Assembly: GCA_963788655.1 (NCBI GenBank)
Contig: CAWBHS010000068.1
Location: 1-27,795, forward strand
Source: an uncultured Verrucomicrobiae bacterium
Lineage (GTDB): Bacteria; Verrucomicrobiota; Verrucomicrobiia; Limisphaerales; JAFGQR01
Direction of reading: 5' to 3'
DNA: 27,795 nt
Each line of letters begins with the position of its first letter. The first letter of the stretch is position 1. Below are positions 1-7,980 of the stretch, in pieces. The notes below the pieces were generated by a model. It was not told the DNA's origin. It saw nothing but the letters and a program-made list of their open reading frames with translations, and made no database searches. Position numbers and translations under genes: made by a program.

Positions 1-794
1 AGAAGAGACAAGGAGGAAATACGGGGTGCCGGAGAAGTTCTTCCTCGCATCCGCCCGCTTCGTCGAGAAGAAGAATCTGCCCCGCTTGCTCCAAGCCTAC
101 GCACTTTACAGGCAAAATGGTGAAACGCGGAAGTCAAAGAGCACCTCACCCCGGCCTCTCCCCAGAGCGGAGAGGGAGGAGCCCCTTGGTCGTTGGTTTT
201 GCTGGGCGATGGCTTACTTAAGTCTGACCTCTGTCGTCTGATCTCTGACCTCTCCTTGCAGCACTCCGTGCTGCGCCCGGTTTCAAACAGTACGACGAAC
301 TCCCGGTCTATTATGGCCTGGCCAACGCGTTTGTCCACGCCAGCACCACTGAACAATGGGGCCTGGTCGTCAACGAGGCGATGGCCAGCGGCCTGCCGGT
401 GCTGGTGTCGAACCGCTGCGGTTGCGCCCCGGACCTGGTGCAGGAAGGCGTGAACGGCTTCACTTTCGATCCATATAACATCGAGCAACTCGCCCAACTC
501 ATGCTCAGCTTCCACCATGGATAAAGGGGGGAGCACAGGCGCCTCGCCTGTTGAATCCGGCGCCCCGCCGCCCGGATTCCCCTTCCGCCATCTGTCCTCC
601 GTCTTCCGCCCTCAACCCTCAACTCTCAGCCACCCTTACCGAGATGGGCGAAGCCAGTCGCCGCATCATTGCCGACTGGGGGCCGGAGCGATTGCTTCGG
701 CCTCAAGCAAGCCGTCGAGTGTGCCTTGCGTGTTGGTCCAGTAAAGCCCACCTTCCTCCAGCGATTAATCCTCCGTGCTTTGCTTGCCAGGTGA
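1..794 (+). CDS. GT4 (GT-B) glycosyltransferase, 3' part; runs off the window and is split by several frameshifts
   Basis: Frames join as ...ASARFVEKKNLPRLLQAY / LVLLGDG / GFKQYDELPVYYGLANAFVHASTTEQWGLVVNEAMASGLPVLVSNRCG (E-x7-E motif) / MGEASRRIIADWGPE...RALLAR*; TGA at 792-794. Confidence 0.88.
142..177. repeat. REP-like palindrome (CCTCACCCCGGCCTCTCC...GGAGAGGG) inside the GT coding region
   Basis: Stem CCTCTCC (155-161) pairs with GGAGAGG (169-175); translated as an extra STSPRPLPRAERE segment. Confidence 0.65.
529..570 (+). repeat. GGAGCAC-type double-hairpin REP-like element, copy 1 (inside the GT gene)
   Basis: GGAGC-ACAGGCG-CCT-CGCCTGT...CGGCG-CCC-CGCCG; same layout as 5116-5160. 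Confidence 0.65.
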
Positions 795-835
795 TTTCAG
801 CGTTTCAGTATTTTTACGAATCGCCCCTTTGCGCC

Positions 836-863
836 TTGCTGGTTTCAAAACTCAAACTATGCT
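836..863 (+). promoter_or_regulatory. Putative sigma70 promoter for a leaderless TA transcript
   Basis: TTGCTG-16 nt-TATGCT, ending 7 nt before ATG 871; no Shine-Dalgarno sequence. Confidence 0.6.
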
Positions 864-870
864 CTAACAC

Positions 871-1131
871 ATGGACACCTTAACCATCCAAATACCGGAG
901 TCAGTGCTGCTACAGACGGGGGCATCCCGCGAAGCCTTGCAGCGGGAAGGCGAATTTTGGCTGGCGCTCCGTTTCTTTCAGAGCGGACGGCTCACCTCGG
1001 GTCAAGCGGCGGCCATGTGCGGCCTGAACCGCGTGGATTTCTTGTTGGCGGCAGGCCGGGAAGGAGTGCCCGTCGCGGATCTGGACGGCGACGAACTGGA
1101 CCGCGAAGTGGGCGTGGCGCGTGGGCACTGA
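871..1131 (+). CDS. UPF0175-family protein (putative antitoxin)
   Basis: 86 aa, LALRFFQSGRLTSGQAAAMCGLNRVDFL HTH signature; overlaps the downstream PIN gene. Confidence 0.88.
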   Translation: MDTLTIQIPESVLLQTGASREALQREGEFWLALRFFQSGRLTSGQAAAMCGLNRVDFLLAAGREGVPVADLDGDELDREVGVARGH

Positions 1132-1618
1132 CACCGCCAGCCATGTTGTCTGCAACTGCGGGCCGCTCATTGCCCTGGCCGGTATCCGGCAGATGGAACT
1201 GTTGACCCGTCTGTTCAGTCGCGTCTGGATTCCCACTGTTGTTCACACTGAATTAACCGGTTCGGTCCGGTTTGCCACTGCCCGTGACTTGTTCACCCAG
1301 CCTTGGTTGCAAATCATCTCTCCTGCGGAACCGGTGGACACCTTTCTCTCGTCACAACTGGATCCGGGCGAAGCTGCGGTGCTGACTCTGGCCCGCCAGA
1401 CTCCGGGGGCAGAAGTCCTGATGGACGAACGGCGGGGACGCCGGGTTGCGGAGCAGGTTTACGGTCTGCCCATCGTGGGCACGGGAGGGCTGTTGCTCCG
1501 CGCCAAGGCAGCAGGTTTAATCCCGGCGGTGAGCCCATTGCTGTCGGCCATGAAAGCGAACGGCTATCATCTCAGCGAGCGGTTGATGCACGCCGTATGC
1601 CGTGCCGCGGGTGAATAG
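1121..1618 (+). CDS. DUF3368 / PIN-domain protein (putative toxin)
   Basis: VVCNCGPLIAL, IPTVVHTEL, LDPGEAAVL, LMDERRGR and GTGGLL...G motifs of the COG2405 family. Confidence 0.88.
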   Translation: MGTDTASHVVCNCGPLIALAGIRQMELLTRLFSRVWIPTVVHTELTGSVRFATARDLFTQPWLQIISPAEPVDTFLSSQLDPGEAAVLTLARQTPGAEVLMDERRGRRVAEQVYGLPIVGTGGLLLRAKAAGLIPAVSPLLSAMKANGYHLSERLMHAVCRAAGE

Positions 1619-1633
1619 CCAAACCCCACGAGT

Positions 1634-1880
1634 CAGTTTTCAGCATCTCAGCGTTTCAGCCCCGTCCTTTATTGCCGATTTCAGCCTTTCAGCTTTTCAG
1701 CTTTTTAGCTTTTTAGCCCCGTCCCTTGGTCCTTTGGTCCCTTGGTCTTTTCGTCCCATTTCCAGCCTTTCAGCTTTTCAAGCCTGTCCCATGATCCGTA
1801 GTTCTTTGGTCCTGATTTCAGCATTTCAGCATTTCAGTGTTTCAGTGTTTCAGTGTTTCAGTGTTTCAGTGTTTTGTTTT
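1634..1880 (+). repeat. Degenerate octamer tandem arrays (TTTCAGYN)n and (CCTTGGTC)n
   Basis: Many copies of TTTCAGC/TTTCAGTG (longest run 1816-1871) interleaved with CCCTTGGT/CCTTTGGT copies at 1723-1750. Confidence 0.9.
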
Positions 1881-1911
1881 TTTTGGTTGCGTTCTCTGCG
1901 GTTAAGCTAAA

Positions 1912-3256
1912 GTGAAAGTCGTCTGCCTCCTGGATTCGGTGTCCCGCCAGAATGGAGGCATCTTCGAAGCCGAACGTAAACTGCAAGTCGAGCTGGCCGG
2001 CAGTCAGCAAGTCAACGTTGCGGTGCTGGGTTTGGCGGATGAACATACGCGCGCCGATGCACCTGCCTGGAAGCCGCTTGATGTCTCCACTTTTCCCGTT
2101 GTCGGCCCCAGCTTCTTCGGTTACTCGCCCCAACTCAAGCACGCCCTTTCAAACAGTGAAGCCGACGTTGTCTATAACGCCGGGCTTTGGAAGTATCCTT
2201 CGCTGGCGACCAAGGACTGGGCAAATGCCACGCGAAAGCCATACGTGGTCGCTCCGCACGGAATGCTGGACGCCTGGGCCCTGCAAAACTCCAGGTGGAA
2301 GAAGCAGTTGGCCGGATGGTGCTTTCAGAATGCGCACCTGCGCGGTGCCGCCTGCCTGCGGGCGCTCTGCACTGCGGAAGCTCAATCCATCCGCGCCTAC
2401 GGCCTGAAGAATCCCATTGCCATAATCCCGAATGGGGTCGAGCTGCCAGACCTTGGAAATGCTGAAATACTGAAAACTGAAAAGCTGAAACCGGAGAATG
2501 GCGATGTTCACGCTTCTCAACATTTCAGCGTTTCAGCGTTTCAGCGTTTCAGCGTTTTCTCGAACCGTAAGGCCCTGCTTTATCTTGGCCGCATCCATCC
2601 CAAGAAAGGTCTGGTCAACCTCCTCCGCGCATGGCGTCTGTGTCTCGCCCTCTGTCCTCTGACTTCTGTCCTCTGTCCTCTGATTGGACTCTCGCCATCG
2701 CCGGCTGGGACCAGGGCGGGCACGAAGCGGAACTCAAACGCCTGGCCACGGAACTGGAGATTCCGTGGCGCGACTGCCGCGAAGCGCCTTATACACTCAG
2801 GGGAGAGTTGGCCGCAGGCCGGATGAGGTGGATTTCAGCATTTCAGATTTTCAGCGTTTCAGCGTTTTCTTTTTCGGCCCGCTGTTTGGCGCCGAAAAGC
2901 CGCCGCTTACGCTCCTGCGACGCCTTTATCCTTCCCTCTTTCAGCGAAGGTTTGCCCATGGTGGTGCTCGAAGCCTGGGCCTACGGCAAGCCGGTGCTGA
3001 TGACGCCGGAGTGCAATCTCCCCGAAGGCTTCGCCGCCAACGCCGCGATCCGGATCGAGACGAATCCCGAAAGCATTGCGCGAGGACTTAGTATTTTAGC
3101 CAATTACCGATAACTGATAACCGATCACTCGGAGCGAACGGACGGAAGTTGGTGAGCGAACGCTTCACCTGGCCCAAAATCGCGGCGGAAATGAAGCAAG
3201 TTTACGACTGGGTGCTGGGTGGAGGAGCAAAGCCGGAAAGTGTGGTTGATTGTTGA
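1912..3256 (+). CDS. GT4 glycosyltransferase with several frameshifts and four repeat-derived insertions
   Basis: VAPHGMLDAWAL, IIPNGV, LYLGRIHPKKG, FILPSFSEGLPMVVLEAWAYGKPV, RFTWPKIAAEMKQVYDW; stop at 3254-3256; frame breaks near 2632, 2820-2900 and 3110-3130. Confidence 0.9.
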
Positions 3257-3267
3257 GGGTCTGGATA

Positions 3268-3304
3268 AATGCTGAAAATCTGAAATACTGAAACGCTGAA
3301 ATGC
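3268..3304 (-). repeat. Octamer array in reverse orientation (GCTGAAA)n
   Basis: GCTGAAAA-TCTGAAAT-ACTGAAAC-GCTGAAAT; complementary to the TTTCAGC arrays at 3549-3575. Confidence 0.85.
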
Positions 3305-3371
3305 GGAAAGCAGACGAAACCGCCGGCCTGACTGGCTGATTCCAGTTCCCCTTCAAGATGAGACTTCCATC

Positions 3372-3440
3372 GGAGCGCGGACATTCCTGTCCGCTCGGGC
3401 AACGCCATCCCCGCCGAGCGGACAGGAATGTCCGCGCTCC
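3372..3440. repeat. REP doublet (perfect 27-bp inverted repeat)
   Basis: GGAGCGCGGACATTCCTGTCCGCTCGG (3372-3398) is the exact reverse complement of 3414-3440; each arm is itself a hairpin. Confidence 0.9.
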
Positions 3441-3548
3441 AATCCGCTTTCGCATTAGCCCCAACTTGAAAGCAAAATGGAACATGGGTGCTGAAATCCT
3501 GGAACTTGGAAAATCAAGCTGAACAGAGGTCTCCTTCGATCATTCCAG

Positions 3549-3652
3549 TTTTAGCCTTTCAGCGTTTCAGCTTTTTGCTTTGCAGTCCTTTGGTCTTTTG
3601 GTCCGTGGTCCCTTGGGCCTCTTTTCAGCTTTTCAGACCCGTCCTTTGGTCC
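3549..3652 (+). repeat. TTTCAGC and CCTTTGGTC octamer arrays upstream of the second TA pair
   Basis: Same two unit types as 1634-1880. Confidence 0.85.
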
Positions 3653-3673
3653 GCAGCCTTTGTTCACAGGAAC

Positions 3674-3702
3674 TTGCTATCTGTTTCCTAAGCCTTTATT
3701 CT
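3674..3702 (+). promoter_or_regulatory. Putative sigma70 promoter for a leaderless TA transcript
   Basis: TTGCTA-17 nt-TATTCT, ending 6 nt before ATG 3709. Confidence 0.7.
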
Positions 3703-3708
3703 TGCCGC

Positions 3709-3972
3709 ATGGGTGAATCGCTCACCATCACGTTAACGCCGATGCAGCTTGCCTGGGTAAATGCCCGCAAGGAAGAAGAGGGCTTTTCGTCCTCCGGCGA
3801 TGTCATCCGCGAATTGATTCGGCGCGAACAGGAAAAGGAGTGGGCAGTATTGGCGGCTGAATTTGAGCGGCTGAACAACGGCAGTGGCGGCGAACCGGAG
3901 CCAGTCGAGGAAATTAACCGAATTGTGCGCCAAGTGAAAAAGGAACGGCGTGAGGCCCATCGCCGTTCTTGA
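3709..3972 (+). CDS. Ribbon-helix-helix (ParD/CopG-like) antitoxin
   Basis: MGESLTITLTP...GFSSSGDVIRELIRR RHH pattern; true start at ATG 3709, since the upstream part of the ORF is repeat sequence. Confidence 0.82.
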   Translation: MGESLTITLTPMQLAWVNARKEEEGFSSSGDVIRELIRREQEKEWAVLAAEFERLNNGSGGEPEPVEEINRIVRQVKKERREAHRRS

Positions 3973-4375
3973 TTCCACCGTCGTTGTCGCGGGTATTGGG
4001 TGGCAAGGAGACAGCCGGCAGATTTTGGCATTGTTGGCGCGGCGCGGCTTGGTTTCCGTCCGTACTTCTTGGCTGACTGACGAGTGGGCCAGCACGGTGG
4101 CGCGCGTTGCCCAAGAGGCACATAGTTGGCGCAACCGCAATTGGCCGGCGTGGCTAAACTGGCTCAAGCGCGCCTCGGTGCTGTTGGAGGATCCGCCCAT
4201 GCGAGCGACCGTCAAGCGCGATCCGAAAGATGATCCGGTCATCGCTGCCGCAGTGGCCGCCCACGCAACGTATTTGGTGTCTTACGACCGGGACTTACTG
4301 GATTTGGACAAGCCTTACGGTGTGCAATGTCTTCGTCCGCACGCCTTTCTTGCCGCGGTGCTAGCCAAGCCATAA
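3950..4375 (+). CDS. PIN-domain putative toxin (TIGR00305-like)
   Basis: AVLDSTVVVAG, RDPKDDPVIAAA and YLVSYDRDLLDL motifs; overlaps the antitoxin gene. Confidence 0.88.
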   Translation: MRPIAVLDSTVVVAGIGWQGDSRQILALLARRGLVSVRTSWLTDEWASTVARVAQEAHSWRNRNWPAWLNWLKRASVLLEDPPMRATVKRDPKDDPVIAAAVAAHATYLVSYDRDLLDLDKPYGVQCLRPHAFLAAVLAKP

Positions 4376-4481
4376 AGGATGGTTGCCGATGAGCCGCAGG
4401 AAATTCAGCCTTCACTCGGCCTGAAGCTCCCGAATACAGATGACGGAGGTTGGAAATTAGAGGACAGTTAAAAAGCTTTAA

Positions 4482-4551
4482 TTGGTCCTCTGTCCCTTTG
4501 GTCCGGTTATCAGCATTTCAGCATTTTAGCGTTTTAGCGTTTCAGCGTTTT
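4482..4551 (+). repeat. TTGGTCC and TTT(C/T)AGC octamer arrays between the TA pair and wcaF
   Basis: TATCAGCA-TTTCAGCA-TTTTAGCG-TTTTAGCG-TTTCAGCG, ending about 8 nt before ATG 4559. Confidence 0.85.
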
Positions 4552-4558
4552 CCGATGT

Positions 4559-5113
4559 ATGGATTTGGCCAATTACACGACGAAGGATTTTGACCGGGGC
4601 GCCCGTCGCTTGAAGGAAGTGCTTTGGACCATCACCAAAGCGCTTTTTTTTATGCCGTCATGGCCGTGGCCGTCGCGTTTGCGTGCGTCCTTACTGCGGC
4701 TGTTTGGCGCCCAGGTTGGCCGCGGGCTCGTCATTCGTTCGCGAGTTAACATCACCTTCCCCTGGCGCTTGTGTGTCGCAGATCATGTGTGGATCGGGGA
4801 AGAGACGGTGATCCTGAGCCTGGCAACCGTCACCATTGAATCGCACGTATGCATTTCGCAGCGCTCATTCCTCTGCACCGGCACGCATAACTTTTACCGA
4901 CATGATTTCGAACTACAAACCAAGCCTATTGCCGTCCGCGCGGAAAGTTGGATTGCCGCCCAGGCATTTATTGGCCCAGGCGTCGAGATCGGCACCGGCA
5001 GCGTAGTGGCTGCGGGCAGTGTGGTGATGGAATCCGTCCCACCGAATTCCTTGGTCCGGGGCAATCCTGCGCAAATCGTCAAAAAAATCGAACGCCCGAA
5101 TTCACCAAAGTGA
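4559..5113 (+). CDS. wcaF: WcaF-like exopolysaccharide acetyltransferase (hexapeptide-repeat family)
   Basis: LLRLFGAQVG, VNITFPWRL, VWIGE, CISQRSFLCTGTH, GNPA motifs. Confidence 0.88.
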   Translation: MDLANYTTKDFDRGARRLKEVLWTITKALFFMPSWPWPSRLRASLLRLFGAQVGRGLVIRSRVNITFPWRLCVADHVWIGEETVILSLATVTIESHVCISQRSFLCTGTHNFYRHDFELQTKPIAVRAESWIAAQAFIGPGVEIGTGSVVAAGSVVMESVPPNSLVRGNPAQIVKKIERPNSPK

Positions 5114-5115
5114 AC

Positions 5116-5160
5116 GGGAGCACGCCCGCCCCGGGCGTCATAAACGGCGCCCCCGCCGTT
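5116..5160 (+). repeat. GGAGCAC-type REP-like element, copy 2
   Basis: GGGAGC-ACGCCCG-CCC-CGGGCGT...AACGGCG-CCCC-CGCCGTT double hairpin directly after the wcaF stop. Confidence 0.65.
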
Positions 5161-5195
5161 GACCCAACGAATTGATCCGCGTTCATCCATGACTG

Positions 5196-5254
5196 AAATT
5201 CGTGCCAATTCGTGAAATTTGTATCTCTCCACGGTTGTTGTTCCGTGCAATCCG
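5196..5254 (+). repeat. ATTCGTG/ATCCGTG-type 9-10-mer tandem repeat forming the intron 5' exon
   Basis: AAATTCGTGCCAATTCGTGAAATTTGT...TTCCGTGCAATCCG; the last 13 nt are identical to 16656-16668. Confidence 0.7.
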
Positions 5255-7232
5255 GAAAGCGCCAAGCAAGCTTGGTGGTTCTTGTTAACTGCAACGTGTT
5301 AACCATGATAAATGGTCGAGAGTCATGTAGCCGACCCTTAAGCGGGTGGGAGCGATCCTGCCCGTTGAAGCTGGGGAAGGCCAATGCGCGAGCCGTAGCG
5401 TTCCGCGAACTCGGTTCGGCCTCGTTACACAAAACTGGGAGTGGCCAGCCTGCCGGATGTGGTGAAGCCCGCATCGGTCGGGAAGATTCGATCCCATGCA
5501 CCGACCGGACTCCCCGGGGTGAGAGGAGACAGCGCGCGCAGAAAGAACCACTGGGAACTTGGGAGGCCCGGTTCGGAGTCCTGGCCTGTAACGCAGGACA
5601 ACCCCTGGCGGGAAGCCATAACCGCTGGTGGGGCCGAATCGCGGCGTCGGATGGGCTCATAGTAGCGTCGATCTGCCGATCAAGTTGGCAGGGAGCCAAG
5701 GAGCCCTGGCCAGAGTCAAGCCGAGTCAGAGGAATCCGGAGCTGATTGGGATGGAGTTCATTCCTACAACAGAAGAAGCGGTGGAGGAACTTTCCTTCCG
5801 GGAAGCGATCCTGCCGCCGAGCCTGCGGGAACTGAGACAGAAGCTGGGCCAGAAAGCCAAACAACAGAAGCGGTTTCGCTTCTACAGTCTCTACGCTTTG
5901 GTGTATCGAACCGACGTGCTGCAAGCGGCTTGGGCCGCGGTGCGGCGCAACGACGGTGCGCCGGGCGTGGACGGAGTGAGCATCGAACAGATCACCACGA
6001 CGCCGGAAAGCGAAGCGGCATTTCTGTCCGAGATCGAACGGAGCCTGAGGGACAAAACCTATCGTGCCCAAGCGGTGCGGCGGGTGTATATCTCGAAGGC
6101 CAACGGCAAGTTGCGGCCGTTGGGCATTCCGACGGTGCGGGACCGGGTGGTGCAAGCGGCGGTGTTGCTGATCCTGGAGCCGATCTTCGAAGCCGACTTT
6201 GAAGACTGCTCCCACGGGTTTCGGCCCGGACGATCGGCGCACGATGCCTTGCGCGCCATCCAACAGCACCTGAAGGAGGGTCAAACGGCGGTGTATGATG
6301 CGGATCTGGCTGGCTACTTCGACAGCATTCCCCACGATAAGCTGATCGCTTGCGTGCGGATGCGCGTGGTGGACGGTTCGGTCCTGGGACTGATCCGACA
6401 ATGGCTCAAGGCGCCGGTGGTGGAACCGCCCCCAGGGGGACAACCACCCACGGTGCGACGCAACGACCGGGGCACCCCCCAAGGTGGAGTGCTTTCGCCT
6501 TTGCTGGCCAATGTCTATTTGCACTGGTTCGACCACCTCTTCCAACGAGGAGATGGACCGGCGCAATGGGCCAAAGCGAAGCTGATCCGTTACGCGGACG
6601 ACTTCGTGGTCATGGCTCGCTACATCAGTCCGAAGTTGCGGGAATGGATCGAGGGCAAACTGGAAGGCTGGCTGGACCTGCAAATCAACCGGGATAAAAC
6701 TCGGATCGTGGATTTGAAGCAATCGGGCCAGAGCCTGGATTTCCTGGGCTACACCTTTCGGTATGACCGCGATCAATACGGTCGGCCGCAGCGTTACTGG
6801 AACCTGGAACCGTCGCGCAAAACGATGGAGCGGGAACGGAAAGCGTTGCGAGGGTTGATCAACCCGCATCAGAGTCATACGCCCATGCCGGAGTTGATTG
6901 GACGGGTGAACCGTCACCTGCGGGGTTGGTCCAACTACTTCAAGTTGGGCTATCCGCGGAAGGCATTTCGTCAGCTCAATCACTTCGTGCGGTATCGGTT
7001 GGGACGGCATCTGCAACGTCGCAGCCAACGGGGTTGGCGAGCCCGTGAGGGCGTCAGCCTGTATGCTCACTTGGACCATCTGGGACTGGTTGCGTTGTGA
7101 ATGCTTTGTGGAAGAGCCGACACTGGCGAGAGCCGGATGGGGGAAATCTCCATGTCCGGTTCGACGAGGGAGAGGGAAGCGGCGGTCATTGGTTTTCGGG
7201 CCTTTCATTCCGTGCTTTCCTCTCTACTCTAC
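5255..7232 (+). mobile_element. Group II intron (non-IIC, no endonuclease domain; resembles bacterial class E/F, class not determinable here); 5' boundary approximate (5255-5257)
   Basis: Domain V GAGCCGGATGGGGGAAATCTCCATGTCCGGTTC (7130-7162) with AGC triad and GAAA loop; domain VI ending CTCTACTCTAC (7232); domain I closing stem CCAAG (5262-5266) with CTTGG (5558-5562); RT ORF inside. Confidence 0.92.
5751..7100 (+). CDS. ltrA: Group II intron reverse transcriptase/maturase
   Basis: [62 protein letters not shown] and thumb GWSNYF motifs; no HNH domain; uninterrupted 449 aa from ATG 5751. Confidence 0.95.
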   Translation: MEFIPTTEEAVEELSFREAILPPSLRELRQKLGQKAKQQKRFRFYSLYALVYRTDVLQAAWAAVRRNDGAPGVDGVSIEQITTTPESEAAFLSEIERSLRDKTYRAQAVRRVYISKANGKLRPLGIPTVRDRVVQAAVLLILEPIFEADFEDCSHGFRPGRSAHDALRAIQQHLKEGQTAVYDADLAGYFDSIPHDKLIACVRMRVVDGSVLGLIRQWLKAPVVEPPPGGQPPTVRRNDRGTPQGGVLSPLLANVYLHWFDHLFQRGDGPAQWAKAKLIRYADDFVVMARYISPKLREWIEGKLEGWLDLQINRDKTRIVDLKQSGQSLDFLGYTFRYDRDQYGRPQRYWNLEPSRKTMERERKALRGLINPHQSHTPMPELIGRVNRHLRGWSNYFKLGYPRKAFRQLNHFVRYRLGRHLQRRSQRGWRAREGVSLYAHLDHLGLVAL

Positions 7233-7449
7233 TGGCGAATACATCTCCAGCGATTGTGAATCCGCCGCCGATGTAGAGGTTGCCGGAACTGTCCGTCACC
7301 GCTGCTCGAACGCGACCGTTCACGCCTGGGAAGCCTCCCATGCTCATCCAGTTGTCATTACTGTAGGTTCCAGCGTGGATGTTGGCGCTGGACGCGCCGA
7401 TCAGAAGCATGGCGAGGACGCCGAGGGCATGATGGCTGGTTGTTCTCAT
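7233..7449 (-). pseudogene. N-terminal fragment of a secreted beta-propeller repeat protein, cut at the intron 3' end
   Basis: MRTTSHHALGVLAMLLIG...NWMSMGGFPGVNG...GNLYIGGGFTIAGDVFA is a close paralog of the N-terminus of 8121-10402; similarity stops at 7233. Confidence 0.85.
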
Positions 7450-7481
7450 GGCATGGTTACTGTAGTTGAAGGATTCCGCCG

Positions 7482-7980
7482 TTAGTCATTGTCCGTGATG
7501 GTGAGCGTGGCTTGGTGGTTGGGCGGAGCCGCAGTCCCGTGGCTGGCGACCGTCACGATCACGCTCTCGCTGGCGCCTTCATCGAGCGTGTCGGAGATGG
7601 GCGTGATGGTCAGGTTAACGGCAGCGACGCCGGCAGGCATCGTAACCCTGCCGTTGGGGTTCAGGCCGCTCACGGTGTAATCGCCGCTAAACGTGGCGTT
7701 CCCGGCGAAATTCAGCAGGACCTCGATCTGTTGATCGGTGTTGTCGCGAGAGAGGGTGAGGGTGGCGGTTTGCAGGCCAGACTCGTTGACGGTCGTCGGT
7801 GCGACGGCGATGGAGACGACGGGGGCGTGGGTGACGGAGAAGCTGGAGAACGTTACTTTCGCAATGACACTTGGCTGCGGAGGATCATCGTCTCTCCCAG
7901 TCCAGTCCGGGTAGTAACATCCAGCCTTGAAGTAAAGGTCGTCACCGAGCCACGCAGCGTTCATGGGCAAGGTCTGGAAA
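7482..7980 (-). pseudogene. Orphan C-terminal fragment: last PL7 lyase motif plus a Calx-beta-like domain
   Basis: LYFKAGCYYP...AKVTFSSFSVTH matches the end of the giant protein, followed by E-S-G...ATLTLSR...GNAT..DY...D.LDEG.SE.V...ATLTITDND (Calx-beta pattern); the SELR and QIH motifs are absent. Confidence 0.7.

Noticed and set aside
1634..1880. CRISPR array
   Set aside because: Units are 8-nt tandem repeats without unique spacers, and there are no cas genes.
1602..1910. 102 aa ORF rich in FQHFSVSAF, and similar ORFs at 3488-3691 and 3165-3485
   Set aside because: Translations of octamer arrays and REP sequence, not genes.
795..4558. Classical integron with attC sites
   Set aside because: No intI gene and no convincing RYYYAAC...GTTRRRY attC structure at the cassette boundaries.
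5245..5250. GTGCAA as the intron 5' end
   Set aside because: It lies within a host repeat also present at 16656-16668; the domain I stem and candidate EBS1 pairing point to 5255-5257. Not fully excluded.
5079..7208. 709 aa antisense ORF spanning the intron
   Set aside because: Shadow ORF opposite a GC-rich RT gene and structured RNA; no recognisable motifs.
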